Assembly: GCA_951406725.2 (NCBI GenBank)
Contig: OX597817.1
Coordinates: 142,228,001-142,292,000 of the forward strand
Reading direction: 5' to 3'
Origin: Octopus vulgaris
Lineage: Eukaryota
Length of the DNA stretch: 64,000 bases
Under the pieces are notes generated by a model. The model worked only from the letters and a program-made list of their open reading frames with translations, was not told where the DNA came from and did not search any database. This document shows positions 24,717 through 36,832 of the stretch, piece after piece. How positions within the stretch are numbered: position 1 is the stretch's first letter; the number at the start of each line of letters is the position of its first letter. The position numbers were made by a program, and so were the translations under genes.

Positions 24717-24743
24717 GATGGGTAGATACATAGATAGATAGAT

Positions 24744-24828
<85 letters not shown>

Positions 24829-25432
24829 TGATAGACGGATGGAAGTGGATGTACAGATAGATGTGTGGATGGATGAATGGATGGACAGATGGATGAATGG
24901 ATCGATACAGATAGATAGATAGATAGATAGATAGATATTTGCGTTTTGAAATTACATGCATGAATAATTATCAAAAAAATTGCTAGGTCCATGGGAATGA
25001 ACAACGAAAACTCTTCAAGGGATTGCTCCAGCATGACCAGAGTTTAATTCTTGAAACCGTTAAAGAGAAATACAATACGCTCTGAGAGAAGAGAACATTC
25101 TAGAAAACGGAAATAAACAGGATGATCGAGAGTTTTGTAAGGATGGGGTTCACATGAAACGCAGGGGCTTGGTAGTAACATTCTACCAAGCAGTCACATT
25201 CTCTGACAGGGCATTCAACTCTCACACGTACACACACACGAAGAAACAAACAAATATACACACCTTAATAGAGTCAGAGACAGTGTGTAGTATATGTATG
25301 TATACATACATATACACATACACTTACATATATATATATATACACATATATGCACATATATACACATAAATACACACATATCTATACATATATATACATA
25401 CACACATGTATATATGCGGATATGTGTATATA

Positions 25433-25472
<40 letters not shown>

Positions 25473-25660
25473 CATATATATATATATATAACATAGGGGA
25501 CTAAAGCCATCTGAATATGGCTAGGGACAGGGCAGGGTGGTGGGGGTGTTACTGTTGCATTTAGCCCCAGGCGAACATCGACGTCACCAGATAGGCCCGA
25601 CACCGTCACGGTGTCCTTTAACCTGCAAAGGGAGGTAATTCCCCGATGAAGCGGAAACCA

Positions 25661-25706
25661 CACACGGACCATGGTTTCAAGGTGTATTGCCTATCATCGG
25701 CGTGTG
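25661..25706 (-). ncRNA. Type I hammerhead ribozyme (core CCGAUGA)
   Basis: Minus strand: cacacg-CCGATGA-t-agg(caataca)cct-t-GAAA-ccatgg-TC-cgtgtg. Confidence 0.8.
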
Positions 25707-25980
25707 GTAGGCTTCCGCTTCCTCGACGAATTCTCACTCTGCAGGATATTCATATATAGATTTTCAAGCAAAATACATTTGCTGATTTCGAAAATCTGTT
25801 CGAAAGCAATAATAATTCTCTAAAAGAGATATAGACAGTAACTGCTCGATAACATAAGGGACTAAAGCCATCTGAATATGGCTAGGGACAGGGCAGGGTG
25901 GTGGGGGTGTTACTGTTGCTTGAAAATCTATATATGAATATCCTGCAGAGTGAGAATTCGTCGAGGAAGCGGAAGCCTAC

Positions 25981-26026
25981 CACACGCCGACGATAGGCAA
26001 TACACCTTGAAACCTTGGTCCGTGTG
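25981..26026 (+). ncRNA. Type I hammerhead ribozyme (core CCGACGA), predicted cut after 26020
   Basis: cacacg-CCGACGA-t-agg(caataca)cct-t-GAAA-ccttgg-TC-cgtgtg; stem I extends into a long rod (cctgcaga...gaagcggaa / ttccgcttc...ttgcagg). Confidence 0.8.
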
Positions 26027-26340
26027 TGGTTTCCGCTTCATCGGGGAATTACCTCCCTTGCAGGTTAAAGGACACCGTGACGGTGTCGGGCCTATCTGGT
26101 GACGTCGATGTTCGCCTGGGGCTAAATGCAACAGTAACACCCCCACCACCCTGCCCTGTCCCTAGCCATATTCAGATGGCTTTAGTCCCTTATGTTATCG
26201 AGCAGTTACTGTCTATTTCTCTTTTAGAGAATTATTATTGCTTACGAACAGATTTTCGAAATCAGCAAATGTATTTTGCTTGAAAATCTATATATGAATA
26301 TCCTGCAGAGTGAGAATTCGTCGAGGAAGCGGAAGCCTAC

Positions 26341-26386
26341 CACACGCCGACGATAGGCAATACACCTTGAAACCATGGTCCGTGTG
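26341..26386 (+). ncRNA. Type I hammerhead ribozyme, predicted cut after 26380
   Basis: As above, with palindromic stem III accatggt. Confidence 0.8.
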
Positions 26387-26602
26387 TGGTTTCCGCTTCA
26401 TCGGGGAATTACCTTCCTTTGCAGGTTAAAGGACACCGTGACGGTGTCGGGCCTATCTGGTGACGTCGATGTTCGCCTGGGGCTAAATGCAACAGTAACA
26501 CCCCCACCACCCTGCCCTGTCCCTAGCCATATTCAGATGGCTTTAGTCCCTTATGTTATCGAGCAGTTACTGTCTATATCTCTTTTAGAGAATTATTATT
26601 GC

Positions 26603-26658
<56 letters not shown>

Positions 26659-27216
26659 ACATATATATGCGTACATATATATTACTCAACTGCATATATA
26701 TACATAAATATATACACACACACACACTTATAAATATGTGTGTGTGTGTGTGTGCAGCTGTCTATACACACGTGCGCGCATTATAGAAACTTCTAAAAGC
26801 TAGGACGCAGAGCAGTGAGAAAACCAGAAAAAAATAACGTGAAGAAGGTTGTTGCAAAAAGTGGTTTGAATATATGTCGTTGCTATTATGTTAAACTGGC
26901 CAAATGCGTTTTTTTTTTCTAATATTTATTTTTCCTTGCAATACCCGGTTCTTTTGGTCAAACTATCGTATCTCCGAGCGACTTCAGATACCAAAATATC
27001 AAAAATTATCAAAGTGTAGTGCAACAATTTTGCTATGGAATGGTGAAACTGTTTTACCGTTTTCTGAAAATGCAGCATCACTTTTGCATAAGAGCAACGA
27101 AACGCATAAAAAGAACCAAAAAGATTGCTCTGTGCATCACTTCAAATAACCTATACAAACATACATACATACATACATACATACATACATACATACATAC
27201 ATACATACATACATAC

Positions 27217-27550
27217 AGGAGTGGCTGTGTGGGTTCAGTCCCACTGCGTGGCACCTCGGGCAAGTGTCTTCTGCTATAGCCCCGGGCCGACCAATGCCTT
27301 GTGAGTGGATTTGGTAGACGGAAACTGAAAGAAGACTGTCGTATATATGTGTGTGTGTGTATTTGTGTGTCTGTGTTTGTCCCTTTAGCATTGCTTGACA
27401 ACTGATGCTGGTGTGTTAACGTCCCCGTCCCTTAGCGGTTCAGCAAAAGGGACCGATAGAATAAGTACTGGGCTTACAAAGAATAAGTCCCGGGCGGTGC
27501 TCCAGCATGGCCGCAGTCAAATGACTGAAACAAGTAAAAGGGTAAAAGAG
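27217..27550 (+). mobile_element. SINE family A with internal deletions
   Basis: aggagtggctgtgtgggttcagtccc...gcagtcaaatgactgaaacaagtaaaa; flanked by (CATA)n. Confidence 0.9.
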
Positions 27551-27776
27551 TATACATACATACATACATACATACATACATACATACATACATACATACA
27601 GTCTGCTCATATACATACATACAAAAATATCATGTTGATGCTGTTGAAATTCTAATGAAGGAGCCTTGGATCAAGTTTAGGAAGTGGCTCCTTATCTATT
27701 GGCAAGAAATCTTGAAATAAACTGAATAATGACATGTATACATACATTCATACATACATGCACGAACACAGACTCT

Positions 27777-27807
<31 letters not shown>

Positions 27808-27879
27808 ACACACACACACACACACAAATTGTCAATCGCATATATTCCAAGTATTTGTTTTGTTTGTTCGCCGGTTAGC

Positions 27880-28220
27880 TGCCTGTGGCGCTTTGGAGAC
27901 GAACTGAAGTGTTGTTGGTTGGATACAGCAATTCCAAAGCAAATATTGATGATATCCTAAAAGCTAAACACAGTTTTACAAATCTCAACAAATTTTCTGC
28001 TGTTTAGTTTGTGAGATTCGGATATGTGCTCACTGGGTGAGATATAACTATCTTATTGCTAACCTCACCTTCTTTGATAACATTTTGGTAAATAAATATG
28101 TTGGTTCTCTTTATTTTTTGTGTATTCATTGTATTGTATTGAATAATATGGTTATGCGGCCCGTGTTCGCCGTTCTCTCAGTTATCTGGCCAGCCGTGAA
28201 AAAGGTTTGGTGTCCCCTAA
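27880..28220 (+). mobile_element. Possible old hAT (Charlie-like) right-end remnant
   Basis: atgcggcccgtg...aaaaaggtttggtgtcccct resembles hAT termini; no left end found. Confidence 0.35.
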
Positions 28221-28599
28221 TAGAGTGACCGCATTTTCACCAACTTTGATGGCATATGGTCTTTTGTTGTTTGATGCAATGGAATTCTCTGAACACGGAG
28301 AGAAACGATTGGGCATAGCTGTCTGGATGCATACGATTTGGCACGGCTGATTGGCTCATTGAGTATCCTTGACAGTACTTTCTGGCACTGTGGGCAAACG
28401 CAGATACATACACACGGGTGCGCGGTAGTAGAAATATACGCATATATAGAGAAACCGAAGGAAAGAGAGAGAGAGAGAAAGGGAGGAGAGCGAGAGAGAT
28501 ATAGAGAGCGAGAGAGAGACATAACAATTTATTAACTGACCCCGATTGACATAAACACATTATCTCTCTTCAAAAACAAACTGTTTACACAAGCCGAAG

Positions 28600-29000
28600 C
28601 GTTGCAAAACGCTTGCTTCCCAACCACATGACTTTGAGAACAGTGCCACTGCGTGGCAGCTTGGGGAGGTGTCTTCTATTATAGCCTAGAGCAGACCAAA
28701 GCCTTGTGAGTGGATTTGGTAGACGGAAACTGAAAGAAGCCCGTCATACATATATATATATGTATATATGCATATATATGTGGGGGGTGCGTGTGTGTGT
28801 GTGTGTGTATATGTGTGTGTGTATATATATGTGTGTGTGTGTGTATCTGTGTGTCTGTGTTTGTCCAGCCGCCACGGCTTGACAACTGATGTTGGCGTGT
28901 TTACGTTCCCGTAACATAGAGGTTCGACAAGGAAGGAGACCGATAGAATAAGTGTTCTGGCATCAAATGACTGAAACAAGTAAAAGAATAAAAAGTATAA
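28600..29000 (+). mobile_element. SINE family A, diverged
   Basis: ccactgcgtggcagcttggg...gtggatttggtagacggaaactgaaagaagcccgtc...caaatgactgaaacaag. Confidence 0.85.
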
Positions 29001-29003
29001 AAG

Positions 29004-29058
<55 letters not shown>

Positions 29059-29450
29059 TAAAACGTCTGCAGGTAGATGAAAAGCCAAGTCGATCTCCGC
29101 GAATTTTGAAATGAGAAGGAAACGATACACAACAAATAAGCCATAAAGCATTCGTTCCGAACGCTCCAACCATTCAGTTAGAATACTGCTTTCGCGGCAA
29201 CTTAAATAAAAGAAGACTTCGTTGTCTGTCGTTGCACTCAGGATTTAAATATTTATTTATAAGCATTTTAAAATCTCCAAAGTGCATCTATTTATTTATG
29301 TTTTAACGAATTTATATTGTTTTCGTTGTGCTTTCTCTTCTTTTCATTTATTTCTTATTCTTTTCAATTTACCAAACGTATTACTTTGCTACTTTGTGTG
29401 TTTGAATATTACATTCAGATCACATACCAATGCTTTCAATCACACACACA

Positions 29451-29489
<39 letters not shown>

Positions 29490-29692
29490 ACATATATACC
29501 CACATGTACATTCTCACATGCGTCGTACACATGTATATATAGATATACATGTTTATATGCATATGCTTGTTTGTATGTATGTGTGTGTATGTATGTGTGC
29601 GTATGTGTGTACGTATATATATACGTATATATATATATATACGTACATATATATATATATACATATATATATAAGTATATATATATATATAT

Positions 29693-29732
<40 letters not shown>

Positions 29733-30099
29733 TTGAGTTTCATTTGAATTAGGTACATAAGTTCAAGCACCAAGTCAGTCCGGTGTTATCTGTAAAGCTC
29801 GAAGATGAATAAAATCAAAATATTTTGCTTATTTTAAGATATATATATATATATATATATATAAGTATATATGTATATATGTTTGTATGTATGTGTGTAT
29901 GTATGTGTATGTATATGTATGTATATGTACATTTATGTATGTATATATATATGTATATATATATATGTATATATATATATATGTATGTATATATATATAT
30001 ATGTATATGTATATACGTATATATGTATGTATATATATGTATATGTATATGTATGTGTATATATATATATATATATATATGTATATGTATATATAAATG

Positions 30100-30185
<86 letters not shown>

Positions 30186-30404
30186 CGAATATTTGTATAT
30201 ATACGTATTTGTATGTGTGCATAGATAGATCTTTTAATGAAAGCAATTACAGAAGAGCAACTAATAGCTTCATTCTTTAAGAGATAATAAATTGGCAGAT
30301 TTATATGAGATTCTACGTACCTCTAAGCAACATTTCGGTACGTTTTTGTAGAGGACATCCATAATGGAACTGTAAATAAATGTTTATTTGTATATGTATA
30401 TTTA

Positions 30405-30435
<31 letters not shown>

Positions 30436-30439
30436 ATAC

Positions 30440-30516
<77 letters not shown>

Positions 30517-31359
30517 TGTTTATCTATGTATTAATCTATCCGACTGTGTGTGTGTATGTGTGTTAGTGCGTGTGCGATGTTATATTATACATGCTTGACT
30601 ACAGCATGGCTACAAAATGTCTGAAATCACTAAAGATATAAAGGAATATACAACTTAAGTCCATGGATCATTCAACTCGTATATATCTATGTATCTACCT
30701 ACCTACCTACCTACCTACCTCTCGATCTATTTATCTGTCTATCTATTTATCTAGCTACATGTGCATCTGCTTACCTATCTAACTAGTAACCAACCTACAT
30801 ACATACATACATACAAACATTCATATATACATGCATGCATACATACAATCAATTCATCACTCTATCCATATATCTCTTTCCCTCTGTCTCTTTCCCCCTC
30901 TCTTTCTCATTGCATATGCTTACATATTCGTATACACATTTGTGCTCGCGCGTGTTTGTGTATGTGTATCTGTGTATGTGTACATACATATAAATACACA
31001 CTAATACATATACACGTATAGAGATAGATCCAAGGATCCATAGATACATACATACATACATACATATATACATACATACGTACATACATACATACCTACA
31101 TACATACATACATACATACATACATACATACATACATACATACATACATAAGAAAAAGAATCAGAGAACGGCCGAGAATGACTGAACGAGTTTGACTGAA
31201 TGGCTAAATGATTGAGGAAGGGGGTGAGGGTGTGAGGGAGTGAGTGAGGGAGGGAGTGGGTGGGTGGATGAGTGGGTGAGTGAGGGAATGAGCGAGGGAG
31301 TGAGTGAGTCCTTCCAAATATAGAACTATCAAATGACACAAGTAACATAAAAACAGTGA

Positions 31360-31472
31360 CACAAAGAAGGAAAGAAAGAAAGAAAGAAAGAAAGGAAGAA
31401 AGAAAGAAAGAAAGAAAGAAAAAAGGCTGAAAGGAAGGAAGGAAGAATGGAAGGAAGAAAGAAAGAAAGAAA

Positions 31473-31505
<33 letters not shown>

Positions 31506-31789
31506 GAAGGAAGGAATAAAGAAAGGAAGAAAGAAAAAATGAAAGAAAAAAGATAGAAATAGTGAAAGCGAGAAAGAGAGAAAGAGAGAAAGAAAGAAGC
31601 AATGAAAGAAAGAAGGAAAGAAGGAAAGAAAGAAAGAAAGAAAGAAGAAAGAAATGAAGAAAGAAAGAAAGAAAGAATGAATGAAAGCGAGAAAGAGAGA
31701 AAGACAGAAGCAATGAAAGAAAGAAACAACGAAAGAAGGAAAGAAAGAAACAAACAAGCAAACAATGAAACAAATAAATAAATATAGAT

Positions 31790-31840
<51 letters not shown>

Positions 31841-31850
31841 AAGAAAGAAC
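31360..31850. repeat. Degenerate (GAAA)n polypurine tract
   Basis: Seen directly. Confidence 0.95.
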
Positions 31851-32492
31851 GCAACGGACCACTTTTTACATGGCAACATTGGAATTAATTCTGTTTTCCT
31901 CGAACACACATCTTCGGCATTGTTGTTAGCTAATCTTTAGTTTATTATTGGTTGTGTTGAAATATCGTCTTTTCCGCTGGATGATATAATGGAAAACGCT
32001 CTTAAATCGATTTTATTACACTGAGCTTATATTTAAGAGGACATTGGCTTTTAGTGTTCACCGAACTTGTATTGGTAAATGGAATTGTTACAAAGTGTCG
32101 TTATGTATGTATGCTTTAGTGTTATATCGGACATTTTTTTTCTCCACGTGGGAGTTGATTTCTTGGAAAGGAAATGTATATACAAACACACACATATATA
32201 TGTATGTATATATATATATATATATATGTGTGTCCATGTACGCGCGTGTGTGAGAGCATGTCCATGTGTGTGTGTGTGTACGTGCGTCGTTGTTGGCATA
32301 TGTCAATGTGTTTCTGGGAGTGTAGCGCTATCAGCGGTTTTATTGTTAAATGGAAGTTTGTTGATGTTTGTTTGTGCAACGATAAATAGTTGTCATTGTG
32401 TCGATATGAAAAGGGGGACTCCCTTTAAGTTTCCATGCATAGATGCATAAAGACACATGCACATGGTCATATGTATATATATATGTGTGTAT

Positions 32493-32669
32493 GTGTGTGT
32501 GTAACACATCCTTATATTTACATACAATTCTATGTATGTATATATACGTATTTGATATATTATACACATGCGCTCACATGCACATGTATATATATATATA
32601 TATATCAAATACGTATATATACATACATACAATTGTATGTAAATATATGGATGTGTTATACACACACAT
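32493..32669. repeat. Imperfect palindrome (~65-bp arms)
   Basis: taacacatccttatatttacatacaatt...tacgtatttgatata / tatatcaaatacgta...aattgtatgtaaatatatggatgtgtta. Confidence 0.85.
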
Positions 32670-32689
32670 ATTTATAGTTCCTATAGCCT

Positions 32690-33015
32690 TAGGCGTGAAT
32701 GTGTGGTAAGAAGATTGATTCTCAGTCACATAGTCCCAGGTTCAGTCCCACTGCGTGTCACCTTGGGCAAGTGTCTTCTACCATACCCTCAGGCCGACCA
32801 ACGTCTTGCGAGTGGATTTGGTACAGGGAAACTGAAAGAAGCCCGTCGTATATATATATATAAATATATATACAACAACCGATGAATAAGCATTTCGGCA
32901 TAAGAGACTGATTGGATAGGCTTATAAAGAATGTCCTGGAATCGATTTTCCGACTCAGGGCTGTGCTCCAGCATTGCCGCAGTCAAATGACTGAAAGAGG
33001 TAAAAGAATAAAAGA
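32690..33015 (+). mobile_element. SINE family A
   Basis: Head aggcgtgaatgtgtggtaag...ttcagtcccactgcg and tail gccgcagtcaaatgactgaaa. Confidence 0.85.
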
Positions 33016-34162
33016 ATATAAAAATGAAATGACAAAAGACTCAAAAAATTATCTCGTGAACATCATTAGCTTACAGCTGTTTCTACAATTGACTCGTTGT
33101 TGAGTGCCTGAGTAGCACCGTATAGCTTCATCAGAGCATTCATATATACATATGTGTGTGTGCGTGTGAGTGTATATTGTGAACAAAAAAAGAAAGACAG
33201 CATAAGTGAGATATAGTTTATATTTACATATATTTTACATATATTTTACTCTTAAAAGAGTAAAAGAGTAATATTGTATTAGCTTAACTTTCATAAAGAG
33301 GAAAATTTGAATGTTTTGCATGTTCGCTGTTCACAGAGGAAAAACAGCAGTTTCTGAGGATGGAAAAGGAGTGGTGAAGAAAGAGAATATGAGGTGTGGT
33401 TTGGAAGATACGTATGAATGCGATGTTTTGGAAGTAGCTAAGAAGTGAGGTTTGAAGGGTGCGTTTGCACGTAAGAATATGTTTGTATTTTGAGATAGGA
33501 TCCGTGTGGGTTTATGCTGTGTGAGTGTGTACAGAGGATTGCCATTGCGGAATTTGAGTAGTGAGGGCTAGTTCGGTGCTGTGTGTTTGTGTGTTTGTGT
33601 TCTCACACATAAATAAATGAATAAATAAATATATGTGTGTGTGTAACTACAAGCATACATACATATATATGCATATGTATTTACATCATACAAATTTATA
33701 TGTATATCGATACATATGAGTAATATGTATAATATTTGTAAACAAACAAACGTAGGCGTATGAGTGGCTGTCTGGTAAGTAGCTTCCTTTCCAACCACAT
33801 GCTTCAGGGTTCAGTCCCACTGCGTGGCACCTTACGAAAGTATCTTCTACTAGAGCCTCGGGCCGACCAAAACCTTGTGAGTGTATTTCGTGGACGGAAA
33901 CTGAAAGAAGCCCGTCGTATATATATATATATATATATTTAATCAATATAGGGTGGCAAAAAAATTTTGTAGAATTCTTTTGCCACCAGCGGCCTAGTAG
34001 GAAAAAATTAAATAGTCATAAACCATTTTTACGTTCAACATCACAATCAAGGAACGGCCATAATAGGCCATTCACCCACTAGAAATAACAGCCAAAAGCT
34101 TTAACCGCAAAATAACATTAATACCGTAAACCAGGAGAAAATTGAAAAACTTTTACCCTGTA

Positions 34163-34269
34163 ATTTCTTAGACGATGCACCGTTTCATCTACCGTTTAAT
34201 GGTAAACTAACCTGATTAAATTAAATCAAGCCAATCCACCATAGGCCCTTAGACTCATCAGTAAGAAAT
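34163..34269 (-). ncRNA. Mirror copy of the 34441-34547 hammerhead
   Basis: Left arm of the palindrome. Confidence 0.85.
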
Positions 34270-34440
34270 AGCCAAATCGGAACAGATATTTTTCACGAGG
34301 CATTCCTCTTGCTACCTCGGCAATATCTGACCTAAAATTTTCAAATTTGGCGCGAGTGCGACGATTTGAAAATTTTAGGTCAGATATTGCCGAGGTAGCA
34401 AGAGGAATGCCTCGTGAAAAATATCTGTTCCGATTTGGCT

Positions 34441-34547
34441 ATTTCTTACTGATGAGTCTAAGGGCCTATGGTGGATTGGCTTGATTTAATTTAATCAGGT
34501 TAGTTTACCATTAAACGGTAGATGAAACGGTGCATCGTCTAAGAAAT
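34441..34547 (+). ncRNA. Type I hammerhead ribozyme with long stem II extension; predicted cut after 34539
   Basis: atttctta-CTGATGA-gtcta...tagat-GAAA-cgg(tgca)tcg-TC-taagaaat; canonical core, perfect 8-bp stem I. Confidence 0.85.
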
Positions 34548-34665
34548 TACAGGGTAAAAGTTTTTCAATTTTCTCCTGGTTTACGGTATTAATGTTATTT
34601 TGCGGTTAAAGCTTTTGGCTGTTATTTCTAGTGGGTGAATGGCCTATTATGGCCGTTCCTTGATT

Positions 34666-34709
<44 letters not shown>

Positions 34710-35039
34710 TGTGTGTGTGTGTGTGCGTGTGTGTGTGTATGCGTATGTCTGTGTGTCTGTATTTGTCCCCCCGACCATCACTTGACAACCGATGTTGCCG
34801 TGTTTACGTCCCGATAACTTAGCGGTTCGGCAAAAGAAACAGATAGAATAAGTACTAGGCTAACAAAGAATAAGTTCTGGAGTCCATTTGTTCGACAAAA
34901 GGCGGTGCTCCGGTCTGACTGCAGTCAAATGACTAAAACAAATAAAAGAAAAACCCGAAAGGTTTTGTAAGTCAATTGTTCATAGAAAATATCACTTTAA
35001 TCGGAGGATATATATTATTATGATATATTATCACATAGT

Positions 35040-35185
35040 TCATTATTTACATTATTCACATTGTTTACATTTGACGGACGTTTATCCTCATCTTGTTTGT
35101 TGTTAACACAACCTTTCAGCTGATGTACCCTCCGGCCTTCATCAGGTGTCTTGGGGGAAATCTCGAACCTGGGTTCTCATTCCGA
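35040..35185 (-). mobile_element. pLTR fragment with minimal type I HHR (35105-35150)
   Basis: Minus strand: gacac-CTGATGA-a-ggccg(gagggtacat)cagct-GAAA-gg-TT-gtgtt; the 10458 copy keeps ggctg/cagcc and GAAAcgtt. Confidence 0.75.
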
Positions 35186-35208
35186 TGTTGTTGTTGTTGT
35201 TGTTGTTG

Positions 35209-35258
<50 letters not shown>

Positions 35259-35751
35259 GAGTGAGAGAGCAGTACATGCCATAAAAATGACACTGGGGTA
35301 AAATATACTAAGCCCAGTATACCCATCATGCATACCCGTCTGCTTAGGGTACACCAGGTACATGCATCAGAACCATATGTGCGCGATATGGTGATCTCAT
35401 ATCAAGATAAACAGCGCATGACCTGAAGAAGGATTGTTTAAACATGTTGAACGAAACACCCATGTTTCCAAAGGTGAATTATCCAAACCTCTAAGAATTC
35501 CTTTCAACACACGGCTATGATGCTCCCCCACTACTTCTGCTCATGATCAGAGATGCACATATCGTCAGCCACTAAGGGACATGCTCAACTGGTTACGGTC
35601 AAACAACTGACAAGCAAATTTGTGGTATTGAGCAGAATATTTGCTGTAGCCCGTCTTTCATACCAAGACAAAACACAATGTACATGATAACACTTCCAAT
35701 CAGTTAAGATCAGAATCCATGAGAGCCACTGCCTGGTACTGCATCAGGGCA

Positions 35752-35752
<1 letters not shown>
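35259..35752. mobile_element. ~490-bp non-coding insert flanked by (ATT)n on both sides
   Basis: Complex sequence bounded sharply by (ATT)n; no ORF; family not determinable here. Confidence 0.45.
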
Positions 35753-36082
<330 letters not shown>

Positions 36083-36169
36083 CATTATGTATAAACCCTC
36101 ACACTTAATGTCTGTCTGTGTTATGCTCTTCATCATTTGCCCTTGTGGTAAATAAAAGATATCATTATT

Positions 36170-36832
36170 ATTATTCAGTAGTTTTATTTTTATATCGCGC
36201 TTTCACTTCACTACCGAGCGCAGCTCTGTGCGCCTTGAGTGTGTTGTGATTTGTTGTGGTGCTCTGATGGTTACTGTATTGAAAGTGTTTTGCGTAGGAT
36301 GTGTTGAGATACTCTGTAGGCGCACGAAAACTGCACATAGAGACATGATCAATGGTTTCATTTTGTTGTAGTTGGGCATTGATCTCGGGCTGCTATGATA
36401 AACCCCTTTGTTTCTTATTTTAAGCCAGAAGACACTAACCATTTATGGGTAAAACCTTTGTCAACATGGGCATTATTCGATCTCTTTAGGTATTTGCCAT
36501 TGAGAGGTTTTTCTTGCCATTTATCAGTCAGAATATCTAAGGCAGCAGTTTTAGCTCGGGTTTTTATACGCTTAGCTTTTTCTGTGCTTGCTTCCAGTAT
36601 GACTAATACTGGGATTTGTTGTATTTGGAATTCACTTAGATATTATTTTGCCTGTTTTGTTACTCAGTATAATGTTTTCTTGTTTTCGTGTTTGGAGACA
36701 GGTTTTAACATCCAGTCATCAGAGTTTTTCATGTAGATGTTCAGGCCAATTGTGGTAATCTTCATTGTTAATTCCAGTTGTAAAAGTCCACGGCCACTCT
36801 GTTTTCTTAGCAGGTAAATGCGTTCTATATCT
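36170..36832 (-). pseudogene. R4/Dong-clade non-LTR retrotransposon 3' fragment, internally deleted, 3' end at (TAA)n
   Basis: Minus-strand translation DIERIYLLRKQSGRGLLQLE...KWQEKPLNGKY...WLVSSGLK*ETKGFIIAARDQ, and terminal HILRKTLSIQ*. Confidence 0.85.

Larger units (their letters stand above)
25488..26603. mobile_element. Retrozyme-like array of 360/361-bp HHR monomers: ~1.2 units on - (25488-25919) joined to ~1.9 units on + (25916-26603), within (TA)n
   Basis: Period 360 (25921 vs 26281) and 361 (25500 vs 25861); one HHR per unit; ttgc microhomology at the inversion junction. Confidence 0.9.
34040..34670. repeat. Perfect inverted repeat, 307-bp arms (34040-34346 / 34364-34670), 17-nt spacer
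   Basis: Arms read as exact reverse complements; spacer ttggcgcgagtgcgacg. Confidence 0.95.
33752..34950 (+). mobile_element. SINE family A whose internal (TA)n hosts the palindromic HHR element
   Basis: Head 33752-33918, tail 34745-34950. Confidence 0.85.

Noticed and set aside
25643-25670. Antisense-polarity hammerhead-like string CCGATGA-agcg-GAAA-cc...gg-ac in the 360-nt unit
   Set aside because: No stem II, A instead of U16.1, no stem I; no support for a viroid-like ambisense ribozyme pair
26021-26380. Endless ORF on a 360-nt circle
   Set aside because: The long frame has TGA at 26281 and another soon after, and other copies are 361 nt
25488-26603. CRISPR array or ordinary satellite
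   Set aside because: No short repeat-unique spacer pattern or cas genes; eukaryotic context; the ribozyme explains the unit
35423-35470. CTGAAGA...GAAAca...tgtt as a hammerhead
   Set aside because: No stem I pairing, and six unpaired bases between core and stem II
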